Positions 9,404 through 20,761 are shown, counted from the first letter of the whole stretch. The stretch: DNA of 61,779 bases, filler included, from Nitrospinota bacterium (GCA_030620925.1; 7 parts of 7 records of this genome joined end to end with filler, not necessarily neighbours in it), one strand, 5' to 3'. Program-made: numbers and translations. Notes: generated by a model not told the origin, from the sequence alone.

Positions 9404-9697
9404 ATGCGCAACGTATACGGAATTCTCAGAAAGCCCATAGTGACCGAAAAGAGCATCGAGAGCAACGAGACCGAGAACAAAGTCACCCTGGAAGTGGATA
9501 TAAAGGCCAACAAGACGGAGATCAAAAGGGCCGTGGAGGAGCTTTTCGGTGTTCGCGTGATCAAGGTGAACACTGCAAGGTTCGAGGGTAAGTATAAACG
9601 GTTCCGGTTTAAAATGGGCAAGCAGAGGGACTGGAAGAAGGCAGTGGTCACCCTTCAAGAGGGTGATCGCGTCGATTTCTTCGAAGGGATGCGTTAA
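9404..9697 (+). CDS. rplW: 50S ribosomal protein L23
   Basis: PIVTEKS and WKKAVVTL. Confidence 0.97.
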   Translation: MRNVYGILRKPIVTEKSIESNETENKVTLEVDIKANKTEIKRAVEELFGVRVIKVNTARFEGKYKRFRFKMGKQRDWKKAVVTLQEGDRVDFFEGMR

Positions 9698-9773
9698 GGA
9701 AGACCTCAGAGTCGAGCCGAGCTTATTTAATTAACGATGATTAGCTGTTGGATAGCGAGAGGGAAAGACAATA

Positions 9774-10601
9774 ATGCCTGTTAAGAATTTTAAACCTACT
9801 TCCCCCGGGAGGCGGTTTGCCAGCGTGGCCACTAATGATGATATCACTGCCTCCAGGCCGGAGAAGAGCCTGCTGGCGCCCATCAAAAAATCGGGGGGCA
9901 GGAACTCTAAAGGCAGGGTAACCGCGCGGCACAGGGGCGGGGGCCACAAACGGAGATACAGGATAATCGATTTCAAGCGTAACAAGGATGATATCCCCGC
10001 AAAGGTGTTGTCGATAGAATACGATCCCAATCGCAGCGCCCGCATCGCCCTTCTTCAATACGTCGACGGAGAAAAAAGGTATATCATCGCTCCTCAGCAG
10101 CTTAATGTCGGAGATACGGTCTACTCCGGAGAGCGGACGGACGTCAAGCCGGGTTGCGCTATGCCGCTTAAGAACATACCACTGGGCACCCTGGTGCACA
10201 ACGTGGAGCTGAAGCAGGGCAAAGGGGGGCAGATGGCCCGGAGCGCAGGAGTCTACGTTCAGCTAATGGCCAAAGAAGGTAACTACGTGCAGCTCAGACT
10301 CACTTCCGGAGAGGTGAGGAGCGTGCACATGGAGTGCCGGGCTACCGTCGGTCAGGTGAGTTTCCCCGAGAATGAGAATATATCCCTGGGGAAAGCCGGA
10401 CGGGCCAGATGGTTGGGCAGGCGCCCCAAAGTGCGGGGTGTAGCCATGAACCCGGTGGACCACCCCCATGGGGGTGGTGAAGGAAAAACCTCCGGCGGCA
10501 GACACCCGGTAACGCCCTGGGGTGTTCCCACCAAGGGTTACAAGACACGCAAGAAGAAGCTTTCCGACAAATACATAGTGAGGCCGAGAGGTAAGAGTTA
10601 G
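9774..10601 (+). CDS. rplB: 50S ribosomal protein L2
   Basis: EYDPNRSA and [13 protein letters not shown]. Confidence 0.99.
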   Translation: MPVKNFKPTSPGRRFASVATNDDITASRPEKSLLAPIKKSGGRNSKGRVTARHRGGGHKRRYRIIDFKRNKDDIPAKVLSIEYDPNRSARIALLQYVDGEKRYIIAPQQLNVGDTVYSGERTDVKPGCAMPLKNIPLGTLVHNVELKQGKGGQMARSAGVYVQLMAKEGNYVQLRLTSGEVRSVHMECRATVGQVSFPENENISLGKAGRARWLGRRPKVRGVAMNPVDHPHGGGEGKTSGGRHPVTPWGVPTKGYKTRKKKLSDKYIVRPRGKS

Positions 10602-10612
10602 GGGGTCAAGGC

Positions 10613-10897
10613 ATGAGCCGTTCCGTCAAGAAAGGTCCATACATAGAAGAGAAGTTGCTTAACAGAATAGAGCAGATGACCAGCACGGGAGAGAGGAAAG
10701 TGGTTAAGACCTGGTCGCGCCGCTCCACCGTTATTCCTGAATTTGTGGGCCACACCATCGCCATACATAACGGGAAGAGATTCATCCCCGTCTACGTTTC
10801 CGAAAATATGGTGGGACATAAACTGGGAGAGTTCGCTCCAACCAGAACTTTTCGGTCTCATAGCGGCCATTCTAAAAGGGTAACACGGCTGAAATAG
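10613..10897 (+). CDS. rpsS: 30S ribosomal protein S19
   Basis: KTWSRRS and [11 protein letters not shown]. Confidence 0.98.
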   Translation: MSRSVKKGPYIEEKLLNRIEQMTSTGERKVVKTWSRRSTVIPEFVGHTIAIHNGKRFIPVYVSENMVGHKLGEFAPTRTFRSHSGHSKRVTRLK

Positions 10898-10969
10898 TTG
10901 AAATGTTGAGAGGAACGGTTTAATCCGTACCCAGCCCGTGAGCCGGGACAGGGGCATGAGGGAGAAGAG

Positions 10970-11302
10970 ATGGGAGCCAGAGCAGTTTTGATGTATGAAA
11001 GGATTTCACCCCGCAAAGCGCGCCTGATAGGGGACCTTATCAGGGGGAAAAATGTTGACGAAGCGCTTGCCATACTCGCCCTCACTCCCAAGGACGGGGC
11101 CCGTGTAATGGAGAAGCTGCTCCGCTCCGCCATCGCCAACGGCCAGGAGAAGGGAGAAGCCGACGATCCCGACGCACTGCGAGTAAGCGAGGTCCAGGTT
11201 AACCAGGGGCCCACTTTGAAGCGCTTCCGGCCCAGAGCAAGAGGCAGGGCCACCATGATCCGCAAGAGGACCAGCCACATTACGATGGTCTTGAGCGATT
11301 AA
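10970..11302 (+). CDS. rplV: 50S ribosomal protein L22
   Basis: [11 protein letters not shown] and RTSHIT. Confidence 0.98.
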   Translation: MGARAVLMYERISPRKARLIGDLIRGKNVDEALAILALTPKDGARVMEKLLRSAIANGQEKGEADDPDALRVSEVQVNQGPTLKRFRPRARGRATMIRKRTSHITMVLSD

Positions 11303-11340
11303 GAGGATGGAGTCGGACACATTTATCAGGAGGTGAGGTT

Positions 11341-12003
11341 TTGGGACAGAAAGTTCACCCCACAGGGTTTCGGTTGGGGATAAACAAAAGCTGGAACTCC
11401 ACTTGGTTCGCCGGCAGGGAATATGGTGACCTGTTGCACGAAGACCTGAGCATAAGAAAGTACGTCAAAGGACGAATGGCTGCGGCCGGGATTTCCAAGG
11501 TGGAGATAGAGCGCACGTCGAAACTGGCCCGGGTTAACATTTATACCGCGCGGCCGGGCATAGTCATCGGCAAAAAAGGCTCCGAGGTGGACAAGCTCAA
11601 AGCAGAGCTGGAAAAGATGACCGGGAAACAGGTTTTTATAAACATAAAAGAAGTGCGCAATGCCGAGATAGACGCCCAGTTGGTGGCCGAAAACATAGCC
11701 CTCCAGTTGGAGCGCAGGGTCTCCTTCAGGCGGGCCATGAAGAGGAGCGTAACCACCGCCCTCAGGTTCGGAGCCAAGGGTATCCGTATAGCCTGTGCGG
11801 GAAGGTTGGGGGGGGCCGAGATGGCCCGCCGGGAATGGTATCGCGAGGGGCGCGTTCCGCTCCATACTCTTCGGGCGGATATAGACTATGGTATGGCAGA
11901 GGCCAGGACCACTTATGGAATTATTGGGGTAAAGGTCTGGATTTTCAAGGGCGAGATATTGAAGGCACAGGCGGGAAGTCCTAAAGCTGAAGAACGGGCA
12001 TAG
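11341..12003 (+). CDS. rpsC: 30S ribosomal protein S3 (TTG start)
   Basis: [12 protein letters not shown] and [22 protein letters not shown]. Confidence 0.98.
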   Translation: MGQKVHPTGFRLGINKSWNSTWFAGREYGDLLHEDLSIRKYVKGRMAAAGISKVEIERTSKLARVNIYTARPGIVIGKKGSEVDKLKAELEKMTGKQVFINIKEVRNAEIDAQLVAENIALQLERRVSFRRAMKRSVTTALRFGAKGIRIACAGRLGGAEMARREWYREGRVPLHTLRADIDYGMAEARTTYGIIGVKVWIFKGEILKAQAGSPKAEERA

Positions 12004-12029
12004 GATATTCCTCATTGAGGTAGAGAGCG

Positions 12030-12437
12030 ATGTTATCACCCAAAAAAGTTAAACACCGCAAGATGCAGAAAGGGCGCAACGGAGGCACCGCCAGCAGGGG
12101 CAACAAGATAAACTTCGGGAGTTACGGGCTGCAGTCGCTGGAACCCGGGCGGTTGACGGCGCGGCAGATAGAGTCCGCGCGTGTTGCCATTACCAGGCAC
12201 GTCAAGAGAGGCGCCAAGGTATGGATTCGCATCTTTCCCGATAAACCCATCACCCAGAAGCCTGCTGAGACGAGAATGGGCAAGGGGAAAGGTACTCCTG
12301 AAATATGGGTGGCCGTAGTTAAACCGGGGACCATGCTGTACGAGATGAGCGGCGTAAATGAAGGCGTGGCCCGGGAGGCCATGAGGCTTGCCTCCCACAA
12401 GCTTCCCTTGGCCACCAGGTTCGTGTCCAGAGATTAA
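12030..12437 (+). CDS. rplP: 50S ribosomal protein L16
   Basis: WIRIFPDKP and RMGKGKG. Confidence 0.98.
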   Translation: MLSPKKVKHRKMQKGRNGGTASRGNKINFGSYGLQSLEPGRLTARQIESARVAITRHVKRGAKVWIRIFPDKPITQKPAETRMGKGKGTPEIWVAVVKPGTMLYEMSGVNEGVAREAMRLASHKLPLATRFVSRD

Positions 12438-12451
12438 GGAGGGAAAGACTG

Positions 12452-12655
12452 GTGAAGGCTGAAGAGTTGCGGGAAGCTACCGACGAGGAGCTTCAGGAAA
12501 AGGAAGTAGAGATGCGCAGGGAGCTGTTCAACCTGAGGTTTCAACTGGCCACGGCGCAGATTGAGAACCCCATGCGCGTGCGGGTGGTGAAGAAAGATAT
12601 CGCCAGAATTAAGACTATACTGAGGGAAAGGCGGTCTTCGAGTTCCGGAAACTGA
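12452..12655 (+). CDS. rpmC: 50S ribosomal protein L29
   Basis: ELFNLRFQ and KKDIARIKT. Confidence 0.97.
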   Translation: MKAEELREATDEELQEKEVEMRRELFNLRFQLATAQIENPMRVRVVKKDIARIKTILRERRSSSSGN

Positions 12656-12696
12656 GTCCGTTGAGTTAAGTTCATACTTTACTGGGAAAAGACGAG

Positions 12697-13002
12697 ATGT
12701 CTGAAAATTACAGGCAAAAGACTAGAGAAGGCTTTGTGGTAAGCGATAAGATGGATAAGACCGTGGTAGTCAAGGTGGAGCGAATGTTCCAACACCCGGT
12801 TTATAAAAGGGTTGTGAGACGGTCCAAAAAGTACAAAGCCCACGACTCTCAAAATGGTTGCCGAACAGGGGACAGGGTGCGCATAGTGGAGACCCGTCCT
12901 TTGAGCAAGGATAAGAGATGGAGGGTGGTGGAGATTTTAGAGCGGCCGGAGGTCGCCGTGATTGGAGAAGAGCTGGATACCGAGAACCTGGACGGAGAGT
13001 AG
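12697..13002 (+). CDS. rpsQ: 30S ribosomal protein S17 with acidic C-terminal tail
   Basis: VVSDKMDKT and [11 protein letters not shown]. Confidence 0.97.
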   Translation: MSENYRQKTREGFVVSDKMDKTVVVKVERMFQHPVYKRVVRRSKKYKAHDSQNGCRTGDRVRIVETRPLSKDKRWRVVEILERPEVAVIGEELDTENLDGE

Positions 13003-13031
13003 TAGCGGGAGTCAGGCAAAGGATATAATCG

Positions 13032-13400
13032 ATGATTCAACAGGAAAGTGTTCTGGAAATAGCGGATAACTCGGGTGCCAAGCGGGTTAAATGTATCCGC
13101 GTCCTGGGGGGCAGCAAAAAGCGCTACGCCGGCCTGGGAGACATCATAGTGGTCAGCGTCAAGGAGGCCATCCCCAACGCCGCAATCAAGAAGGGGGAGG
13201 TCAGGAAGGCGGTTGTGGTGCGCATCAAAAAGGAGACCCGCCGCCCCGACGGCACGTACATAAGGTTCGATCAGAATGCAGCGGTGATCATCAACGAACA
13301 GGGAGAGCCGGTGGGCACACGCGTTTTCGGACCCGTTTCCAGAGAGTTGCGGAATAAGAATTTTATGAGGATAGTTTCCCTGGCTCCGGAGGTGTTGTAG
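13032..13400 (+). CDS. rplN: 50S ribosomal protein L14
   Basis: ADNSGAK and IVSLAPEVL. Confidence 0.98.
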   Translation: MIQQESVLEIADNSGAKRVKCIRVLGGSKKRYAGLGDIIVVSVKEAIPNAAIKKGEVRKAVVVRIKKETRRPDGTYIRFDQNAAVIINEQGEPVGTRVFGPVSRELRNKNFMRIVSLAPEVL

Positions 13401-13402
13401 AG

Positions 13403-13732
13403 ATGGGTTCCAAATCTAAGCTCCACATCAAGAAAGAAGACATGGTGGAGGTGATGGCCGGAAAGGAGAAGGGGAAGAGGGGCAAGATAATGAAGCTTCT
13501 GGCCCCCAAGAATCAGGCCATCGTAGAAAAAGTTAACATCGTGAAAAGACATACCCGCCCCGGCCAGCAAACCCAGCAGGGCGGAATAATAGAAAAAGAG
13601 GGGCCTCTGCATATATCCAATCTGATGGTTGTATGCGACAAGTGCAACAGTCCGGTAAGGGTGGGCCACATGCGTCTGCAGGACGGCAAGGGGGCCCGTT
13701 ATTGCAAATCATGCGGTGAATTAATCGACTAG
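13403..13732 (+). CDS. rplX: 50S ribosomal protein L24
   Basis: KOW-like GKEKGKRG and GGIIEKEGPLHISN. Confidence 0.97.
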   Translation: MGSKSKLHIKKEDMVEVMAGKEKGKRGKIMKLLAPKNQAIVEKVNIVKRHTRPGQQTQQGGIIEKEGPLHISNLMVVCDKCNSPVRVGHMRLQDGKGARYCKSCGELID

Positions 13733-13750
13733 AGCTATACGGAATGGATA

Positions 13751-14290
13751 ATGGCCAGATTAAAAGAGTTATATAAGGAAACGGTCGCACCACAGCTCAT
13801 CAAAAGGTTCAGTTACGGGAATCCCATGCAGGCGCCCAAACTGGAAAAGATCGTGGTGAACATGGGCCTGGGCGAGGCTATAACCAACGCCAAGTTACTG
13901 GAGTCGGGCGTTAAGGAGCTGTCCCTCATAACCGGGCAGAAGCCCATAGTGACCAGGGCCAAGCGATCGATAGCCGGATTCAAATTGAGACAGGGTATGC
14001 CCATCGGGTGTAAGGTAACGCTTCGCAAGGAACGCATGTTCGAGTTTTTCGACAGGCTGGTGAACGTGGCGTTGCCCCGTGTGCGAGATTTCAAAGGCGT
14101 TTCCGATAAGGGTTTCGATGGCCGGGGGAACTACACCCTGGGCATAATCGAGCAAATTATCTTCCCCGAGGTAGACCTGGAGGAAGTGGAGAAGTTGATG
14201 GGTATGGGGGTGGTCATCGTCACCACCGCCGGGACGGATGAAGAGTGCAAAGAGCTTTTGACGCAGCTTGGGATGCCGTTCAGGGCATAG
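13751..14290 (+). CDS. rplE: 50S ribosomal protein L5
   Basis: ITGQKP, LPRVRDF and [10 protein letters not shown]. Confidence 0.98.
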   Translation: MARLKELYKETVAPQLIKRFSYGNPMQAPKLEKIVVNMGLGEAITNAKLLESGVKELSLITGQKPIVTRAKRSIAGFKLRQGMPIGCKVTLRKERMFEFFDRLVNVALPRVRDFKGVSDKGFDGRGNYTLGIIEQIIFPEVDLEEVEKLMGMGVVIVTTAGTDEECKELLTQLGMPFRA

Positions 14291-14313
14291 CAACTAATCT
14301 GGAAAGGGATCAC

Positions 14314-14499
14314 GTGGCGAAGAAGGCGCTCATAGCAAAAGCCAAGAGAGAACCCAGGTTCGCAGTGAGGAACTACCACCGATGTCCCCTGTGCGGGAGG
14401 TCCAGAGCATATATGAGAAAGTTTAAGATGTGCAGGATATGTTTCCGCACCCTGGCTCTCAGGGGAGAGATACCGGGAGTCATAAAAGCGAGCTGGTGA
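14314..14499 (+). CDS. rpsZ: 30S ribosomal protein S14 type Z (Zn-binding, 61 aa)
   Basis: GTG start at 14314. RCPLCGR...MCRICFR...[11 protein letters not shown]. Confidence 0.96.
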   Translation: MAKKALIAKAKREPRFAVRNYHRCPLCGRSRAYMRKFKMCRICFRTLALRGEIPGVIKASW

Positions 14500-14587
14500 A
14501 AATTTCGGAATTGAAGCTCTCCCCCTTTCAGGATTTGTGCCCGGATATAGGCGGGGGAAGAATCTTGTGTAACTACAGGAGAGAAGT

Positions 14588-14989
14588 ATGGTAATGACGG
14601 ACCCCATAGCGGATATGCTCACCCGGATACGCAACGCTTTACTGGCCAAGCACGACAGCTTGGAAATCCCCTTCTCCGGGTTGAAAAAGGAGATGGCCGA
14701 AATATTAAGGGCCGAGGGGTACATAGAAGGCTGCGAGGTTGTTACCTCAGAGCTGGACCATAAAAACATAATGATAAAGCTGAGATACCTGGATGATGAT
14801 ACCTCGGTCATAAAAGGCTTAAGAAGGGTGAGCAAGCCGGGCCTGCGCGTATACGTCGGCAAGGATAAAACACCCCATGTTTTGAACGGGCTGGGAATCG
14901 CCATCCTTTCCACTTCAAAGGGGGTTTTGACCGATCAAGAGAGCAGGGAGAAGAGCGTGGGCGGGGAGGTGCTCTGCTACGTATGGTAG
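14588..14989 (+). CDS. rpsH: 30S ribosomal protein S8
   Basis: [14 protein letters not shown] and SKPGLRVY. Confidence 0.98.
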   Translation: MVMTDPIADMLTRIRNALLAKHDSLEIPFSGLKKEMAEILRAEGYIEGCEVVTSELDHKNIMIKLRYLDDDTSVIKGLRRVSKPGLRVYVGKDKTPHVLNGLGIAILSTSKGVLTDQESREKSVGGEVLCYVW

Positions 14990-15064
14990 ACGGTCGCGCC
15001 GTTCCCGACCCTGTAAGATTGTGTAATAGGGCCCTATTAAACTGATACCATAAGGAATCCGGAT

Positions 15065-15601
15065 ATGTCTCGGGTGGGAAACAAACCCATAGAATTGCCT
15101 AAAGACGTCGAGGTGAAGATAGAGCGGCAGAGCGTGGAGGTCAAAGGCCCCAAGGGGGTGCTCACGCATAACCTGCCCGCCGAAGTGAGCCTGGATCAGA
15201 AGGAGAACATACTGGTTGTCGTCAAACAGTCATCCAGTCGACGTGCCGCGGGGATTCACGGCCTCACTCGAACGCTGCTCTCCAACATGGTGGTGGGGGT
15301 TACTGAAGGCTTTGAGAAGAGGCTGGAGATAAACGGGGTGGGGTATCGCGCCCTGATGCAGGGGAGAACCCTGGTGCTGACTCTCGGCTATTCACATCCT
15401 ATCAATTATGAACCCCCGGAAGGGGTTGAGATAGAGGTGAGCGGCCGCGCCGAGTTGGTGGTTAAAGGCATGGACAAGCAGAAGGTGGGCCAGGCCGCCG
15501 CCGATATACGCAGCTTCAGAAAGCCGGAGCCTTACAAGAGTAAAGGCGTGATGTATAAGGGAGAGAGAGTGCGCAGGAAAGCCGGAAAGGCCTCGGCTTA
15601 G
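15065..15601 (+). CDS. rplF: 50S ribosomal protein L6
   Basis: MSRVG, LGYSHP and KPEPYKSKG. Confidence 0.98.
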   Translation: MSRVGNKPIELPKDVEVKIERQSVEVKGPKGVLTHNLPAEVSLDQKENILVVVKQSSSRRAAGIHGLTRTLLSNMVVGVTEGFEKRLEINGVGYRALMQGRTLVLTLGYSHPINYEPPEGVEIEVSGRAELVVKGMDKQKVGQAAADIRSFRKPEPYKSKGVMYKGERVRRKAGKASA

Positions 15602-15703
15602 GGCTGTGGGCCCGGCTCCGGGAGGGCATACAGAGCGATTTTTCTGCTTTTTTTCGTAATCATATACTGAATAAGCGAGTAATATGCCTGGAGGTTCATT
15701 GAG

Positions 15704-16075
15704 GTGGACAAGATAAAAGCCAAGCGTCTGGCCAGACTGGCCAGGCACAGACGGGTCAGGAAAAAGGTTTCAGGTACTTCCCAGAAACCGCGGCTTTGCG
15801 TATACCGGAGCCTGAAGCACATATACGCCCAGCTTATCGATGACGCACAAGGGGTAACTCTGGCCTCCGCTTCTACGTTGAGCCCCGATTATAAGAAGAT
15901 GAAGCTATCCGCGGGCTCTAACAAAGAAGCCGCCAAGGCGGTAGGCCGGATTTTGGCGGATGTGGCACTGGAGAAGGGCATCCAGAGCGTGGTATTTGAT
16001 AAAAACGGGTATCGCTATCACGGCCGGATTCGTGCTTTGGCTGATGCCGTAAGGGAGAAGGGATTGCAGTTTTAG
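15704..16075 (+). CDS. rplR: 50S ribosomal protein L18
   Basis: [15 protein letters not shown] and YHGRI. Confidence 0.97.
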   Translation: MDKIKAKRLARLARHRRVRKKVSGTSQKPRLCVYRSLKHIYAQLIDDAQGVTLASASTLSPDYKKMKLSAGSNKEAAKAVGRILADVALEKGIQSVVFDKNGYRYHGRIRALADAVREKGLQF

Positions 16076-16089
16076 GGGCGAAAAAATAT

Positions 16090-16605
16090 ATGGAAAAGAA
16101 AGCTATCAGGAAGGAAGAAGAGAGCGGCGAAAAGGAACTGCTGGACAGGGTAGTGCACATCAACAGGGTGGCCAAGGTGGTCAAAGGGGGCAGGCGGTTC
16201 AGCTTCAGCGCCCTGGTGGTTGTGGGAGATGGTGCCGGGAAGGTCGGGATGGGGTTGGGAAAGGCCAACGAAGTCCCTGAAGCCATAAGAAAGGGCATTG
16301 AGAAGGCCAAGAAGAGCATGATAGAAGTCCCGCTCAGCGATACTACCATCCCTCACCAGATATGGGGGAAATTCGGTGCGGGCAGAGTGCTCATGAAACC
16401 CGCTTCCAAGGGTACCGGAATCATAGCAGGGGGAGGAGTACGAGCCGTTCTCGAAGTGGTCGGAATCAAGGACATACTAACCAAGTCCGTCGGTTCAAAG
16501 AATCCTCAAAACTCCGTCAAGGCCACTATGCAGGGCTTGAGAGAGCTGAGGAGTCCGGCACAGGTGTTTAGAATGAGAGGGAAGGAAGAGCCGGTTGCCG
16601 ATTAG
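16090..16605 (+). CDS. rpsE: 30S ribosomal protein S5
   Basis: [14 protein letters not shown] and GTGIIAGG. Confidence 0.98.
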   Translation: MEKKAIRKEEESGEKELLDRVVHINRVAKVVKGGRRFSFSALVVVGDGAGKVGMGLGKANEVPEAIRKGIEKAKKSMIEVPLSDTTIPHQIWGKFGAGRVLMKPASKGTGIIAGGGVRAVLEVVGIKDILTKSVGSKNPQNSVKATMQGLRELRSPAQVFRMRGKEEPVAD

Positions 16606-16615
16606 GGAAGGCGGG

Positions 16616-16652
16616 AAGAACGGCCCTGCCCTGGATCGGCGGTCGTTTTTTT
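16616..16652 (+). terminator. Putative intrinsic terminator/attenuator between rpsE and rpmD
   Basis: AACGGCC-CT-GCC-loop-GGC-GGTCGTT followed by a T-run. Confidence 0.5.
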
Positions 16653-16734
16653 ACATGGTGTACCCAATGTGTGAGCATGTGGGTCTCAGGATAGTCTCTA
16701 CCTCATAAATCGCAAATGGTCTGAGGGATTACTC

Positions 16735-16917
16735 ATGTCCGGCAAGCTGGAGATAACTCTGAAGAAAAGCGGTATAGGCAAGCCGAAAAAGCATAAGAAA
16801 GTGCTCGTAGGGCTGGGCCTGACCAGGCTTAATAAGACAGTGGTGCGGCCCGATACACCTGAGATAAGAGGAATGGTAAATAAAGTCGTGCACCTGGTGG
16901 AATTCAAGGAAATTTAG
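16735..16917 (+). CDS. rpmD: 50S ribosomal protein L30
   Basis: ITLKKSGIG...LGL...PEIRGMVNKV. Confidence 0.96.
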   Translation: MSGKLEITLKKSGIGKPKKHKKVLVGLGLTRLNKTVVRPDTPEIRGMVNKVVHLVEFKEI

Positions 16918-16938
16918 CCCCGATAGAGGAAGCTACCA

Positions 16939-17379
16939 ATGAGATTGGGAGAGTTGAAAGCCCCGCCGGGGGCTAAGAAACGCAGGAAACGGGTGGGGAG
17001 AGGCCCCGGCTCCGGGCACGGTAAAACCGCCTGCAGGGGCCACAAGGGGCAGAATGCTCGTTCCGGTTCGGGGGCGCGGCCCTGGTTTGAAGGCGGCCAG
17101 ATGCCCCTGCAGCGGAGGGTCCCCAAACGAGGATTCACAAATATATTCAGGAAAGAATACGCCATAGTCAATTTGAGGGACCTTCAGGATTTCGAAGAAG
17201 GGGCGATCATAACACCGGAGCTTCTTGAGGAAAAGGGCAAGATTAATAAGCTCCTGGACGGTGTAAAAGTGCTGGGAGTGGGGGAGGTCAAGGTGCCCCT
17301 GACGGTGCATGCGACCAAATTCAGCAAAAGCGCTGCGCAGAAGATTGAAGCTGCCGGCGGCAAAACAGTGGTGATATAG
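16939..17379 (+). CDS. rplO: 50S ribosomal protein L15
   Basis: RVGRGPGSG and FEGGQMPL. Confidence 0.98.
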   Translation: MRLGELKAPPGAKKRRKRVGRGPGSGHGKTACRGHKGQNARSGSGARPWFEGGQMPLQRRVPKRGFTNIFRKEYAIVNLRDLQDFEEGAIITPELLEEKGKINKLLDGVKVLGVGEVKVPLTVHATKFSKSAAQKIEAAGGKTVVI

Positions 17380-17381
17380 AA

Positions 17382-18689
17382 TTGGTTGGCAGCTTACAGA
17401 ATATATTTAAAATTCCCGAGCTTAAAAAGCGCGTCTTATTCACCCTGGCCATTCTGGCCGTATACAGGGTGGGGACGCATATTCCCGTTCCGGGGGTGAA
17501 CGGGGAGGCTTTAAGCGCTTTCTTCACCGCCAACCAGGGCACCATACTCGGTTTTTTCGATATGTTTTCAGGCGGCGCCCTGAGTCGGATGACCGTCTTC
17601 TCACTGGGCATAATGCCCTACATAAGCGCCTCCATTATACTTCAGCTCCTCACGGTGGTCGTTCCGCAGTTGGAGAAACTGAAGAAGGAAGGCGAGCTGG
17701 GCCGAAGGAAGATCACCCAGTATACTCGCTACGGCACAGTCCTTCTGGCCACTATTCAGGGTATAGGGATAAGCTTTGGTCTGGAGCAGCTGAGGAGCCC
17801 GCTGGGGGACATCATAGTCACCACCCCCGGGTGGCCCTTCCGGCTGTTGACCGTGCTGACCCTTACCGCCGGCACCGCCTTCATACTGTGGTTGGGCGAG
17901 CAGATAACCGAGAGGGGGATAGGGAACGGGATATCCCTCATCATATTCGCCGGTATAGTGGCCAGGGTGCCGCTGGCGTTGATAAACACTTTCAGGCAGG
18001 TGCAGGTGGGTGAATTGCAGTTGATGACCACCGTGGCCGTGATAGCCATGATGGGTCTGGTGATTGCGGCCATAGTGTTCGTAGAGACTGCTCACAGGAG
18101 AATACCCATACAGTACGCCAAACGAGTGGTGGGGAGAAAGATGTATGGTGGGCAGAGCACCTATTTGCCCCTGAAAGTCAACACTGCGGGGGTTATTCCC
18201 CCTATTTTCGCCTCATCCATCATTATGTTTCCGGCCACAATCGCCCAGTTCACAGCCTACCCGTTTCTCAGGGGCATTTCGGGGCAGCTTGTTCCGGGGA
18301 CGCTGGTATATTCGTCCATCTTCGTGCTGCTGAACTTCTTTTTCTGCTATTTCTATACCTCCATCATCTTCAATCCGGTGGATGTGGCTGATAATATGAG
18401 AAAATACGGCGGTTTTGTGCCCGGCATAAGACCCGGCAAACGGACTGCCGACTATATAGACAACGTGTTGACCCGGCTTACTTTCGTGGGCGCCATATAT
18501 CTTTCGGTGGTGGCCATAATGCCCGATATGCTTATCAGGTTCCTCAACGTGCCTTTCTATTTCGGAGGCACGGCGCTGCTCATCGTGGTGGGCGTGGGGC
18601 TGGATACCGTGCAGCAGGTGGAATCGCATATGGTCATGCGGCATTACCAGCCCTTCATGAAAAAAGGACGATTGCGGGGGAGGCGTTGA
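17382..18689 (+). CDS. secY: Preprotein translocase subunit SecY (TTG start)
   Basis: LGIMPYISASII, WLGEQITERGIGNG and PGIRPG. Confidence 0.98.
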   Translation: MVGSLQNIFKIPELKKRVLFTLAILAVYRVGTHIPVPGVNGEALSAFFTANQGTILGFFDMFSGGALSRMTVFSLGIMPYISASIILQLLTVVVPQLEKLKKEGELGRRKITQYTRYGTVLLATIQGIGISFGLEQLRSPLGDIIVTTPGWPFRLLTVLTLTAGTAFILWLGEQITERGIGNGISLIIFAGIVARVPLALINTFRQVQVGELQLMTTVAVIAMMGLVIAAIVFVETAHRRIPIQYAKRVVGRKMYGGQSTYLPLKVNTAGVIPPIFASSIIMFPATIAQFTAYPFLRGISGQLVPGTLVYSSIFVLLNFFFCYFYTSIIFNPVDVADNMRKYGGFVPGIRPGKRTADYIDNVLTRLTFVGAIYLSVVAIMPDMLIRFLNVPFYFGGTALLIVVGVGLDTVQQVESHMVMRHYQPFMKKGRLRGRR

Positions 18690-18783
18690 GGGCCGGAGCG
18701 GGCTTAGAGGCATGAAAATCAGGGGTATTATTCGGTCTGATGAAGAGTGAGGTTGGCATTTTTATTAAGGGGATATATTTAGT

Positions 18784-19428
18784 ATGAGGGTAATCTTGTT
18801 GGGGCCTCCCGGTGCCGGCAAGGGTACGCAGGCCGGGATGATAGCAGAGAAATATCATGTGCCTCAGATATCCACCGGTGATATCCTGAGGGAAGAAGTT
18901 AAAATAGAGTCGGAGCTCGGCAAACAGGCGAAATCTTACATGGATAAAGGGGAGCTGGTCCCCGATAAATTGATAATAGACATCATCGTTAAGCAGCTCG
19001 ATGAGGATGACAGCGGCAACGGTTACATCATGGACGGCTTCCCCCGCACCGTCAACCAGGCGGTGGCCTTCGCCAGCGCCTTGAGTGAAAGGGGGGAGCA
19101 GGTGGACAGAGTAATCAGCATCGAGGTGGAACGGGATGAGCTCATCCGCCGGTTAAACGGGCGGAGGACGTGCACGGAATGCGGTGTTAGGTACCACATT
19201 CACTTTGATCCCCCCCGAAAGGAGGGTGTCTGCAACGAGTGCGGCACGAAGCTCATACCTAGAGACGACGACAGCGAAGAGACGGTGCCCAACCGGTTGG
19301 AGGTTTACCGAAAACAGACCGAGCCCCTGATCGATTACTACAAGGGTTCGGGGGTTTTCGAGGCGGTGGACGGCGTCGGCTCTATAGAAGAGATATTCAA
19401 ACGGGTGGAGAAAGCACTGGAAGGGTAA
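18784..19428 (+). CDS. adk: Adenylate kinase with Zn-binding LID
   Basis: GPPGAGKGTQ, DGFPRT and CTEC...CNEC. Confidence 0.98.
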   Translation: MRVILLGPPGAGKGTQAGMIAEKYHVPQISTGDILREEVKIESELGKQAKSYMDKGELVPDKLIIDIIVKQLDEDDSGNGYIMDGFPRTVNQAVAFASALSERGEQVDRVISIEVERDELIRRLNGRRTCTECGVRYHIHFDPPRKEGVCNECGTKLIPRDDDSEETVPNRLEVYRKQTEPLIDYYKGSGVFEAVDGVGSIEEIFKRVEKALEG

Positions 19429-19436
19429 AAACGATC

Positions 19437-20201
19437 ATGATAATATACAAATCTCAGGAAGAGATTGAAAAGATAGCAACCGCGTGCAGGTTGGTTGCGG
19501 AGGTCTTAGAAGAACTCAAAAAGAACATCCGGGAAGATATAACCACGAAGGAGCTGGATAGGATAGCCGAAGATTTAATTATTAAAGGCGGAGCCAAGCC
19601 AGCTTTCAAAGGTTATAAGAAGGGGGGGCTTGTCTTTCCCAGCGCACTGTGTACATCCATAAACAGCGAGGTGGTGCACGGCATCCCTTCCAAGAGAAAA
19701 CTGAAAAAGGGAGATTTGATTAGTATAGACGTCGGCGTCTTAAAAGACGGTTACTACGGAGATTCCGCTTTCACCGCGGGTGTGGGGGAAGTGAAGCCCG
19801 AAGTCGAAGAGCTTATCAGGGTTGCCGAGGAGGCCCTCTACCTGGGTATTGAGCAGGCAGTGGAGGGAAAATATCTTTCAGACATCGGCCATGCTATTCA
19901 GAGCTTTGTAGAGGATCAGGGTTATTCGGTAGTGCGCGATTTCGTGGGGCACGGCATAGGGGCGAACCTTCACGAAGAGCCCCAGGTTCCCAACTTCGGC
20001 CCATCGGGTAGAGGGATCAGACTCAAGGAGGGGATGGTCCTGGCCATAGAGCCCATGGTGAATGTCGGCGAAAGCGCGGTGAGAGTGAAGGAAGATAACT
20101 GGACAGCGGTTACCGCTGACGGTTCTCTTTCAGCGCACTGCGAGCATACGGTGGCCATCAACGGAATCAGGCCGCGTATTCTCAGCAAACTGAAATCCTG
20201 A
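19437..20201 (+). CDS. map: Methionine aminopeptidase type I
   Basis: VVHGIP, GHGIG, HEEP and AIEPMVN. Confidence 0.98.
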   Translation: MIIYKSQEEIEKIATACRLVAEVLEELKKNIREDITTKELDRIAEDLIIKGGAKPAFKGYKKGGLVFPSALCTSINSEVVHGIPSKRKLKKGDLISIDVGVLKDGYYGDSAFTAGVGEVKPEVEELIRVAEEALYLGIEQAVEGKYLSDIGHAIQSFVEDQGYSVVRDFVGHGIGANLHEEPQVPNFGPSGRGIRLKEGMVLAIEPMVNVGESAVRVKEDNWTAVTADGSLSAHCEHTVAINGIRPRILSKLKS

Positions 20202-20270
20202 AATGGGAGGTTCGATTCCCTCAATGTCCTTTCGGGCGCCCCGGACCGATAGGCGAGAAAAAGGATGTAG

Positions 20271-20513
20271 ATGCCCAAAGAAGAAGCCATAGAAGTTGTA
20301 GGAACAGTAGTCGAGCCCCTTCCCAACGCTATGTTCAGAGTGGAGTTGGAGAACGGGCACAAGGTGCTGGCCCATATCTCCGGCAAGATGCGAATGCATT
20401 TCATAAGGATTTTGCCCGGAGATAAAGTAAAGGTAGAGCTCTCCCCTTATGACTTGAGCAGGGGGAGAATAACCTACCGCTATAAGTGCACACAGCTCCT
20501 TCCGTTGAGATAG
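20271..20513 (+). CDS. infA: Translation initiation factor IF-1 (8-aa C-terminal extension)
   Basis: [13 protein letters not shown] and [13 protein letters not shown]. Confidence 0.97.
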   Translation: MPKEEAIEVVGTVVEPLPNAMFRVELENGHKVLAHISGKMRMHFIRILPGDKVKVELSPYDLSRGRITYRYKCTQLLPLR

Positions 20514-20574
20514 AGATATTCCGGCGCGGGCGGGGGGGAAGGTGGGGGCTGATTTTATTACCGGAGAAATGAAG

Positions 20575-20688
20575 ATGAAAGTAAGAGCCTCGGTAAAACC
20601 CATGTGCGACAAATGTAAAGTCATAAGGCGCAAGGGCGTGGTGCGCGTTATTTGTGATAACCCCAAGCACAAGCAGCGTCAGGGGTAG
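20575..20688 (+). CDS. rpmJ: 50S ribosomal protein L36
   Basis: Too short for the ORF track. Translates [37 protein letters not shown]. Confidence 0.97.
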   Translation: MKVRASVKPMCDKCKVIRRKGVVRVICDNPKHKQRQG

Positions 20689-20761
20689 AAACCTGAGTAT
20701 GGCCTCTTCGGTATAATAGAGGTTAAAACGGATTTAAACCGTAGAATGAGAGGAGCAGTTT

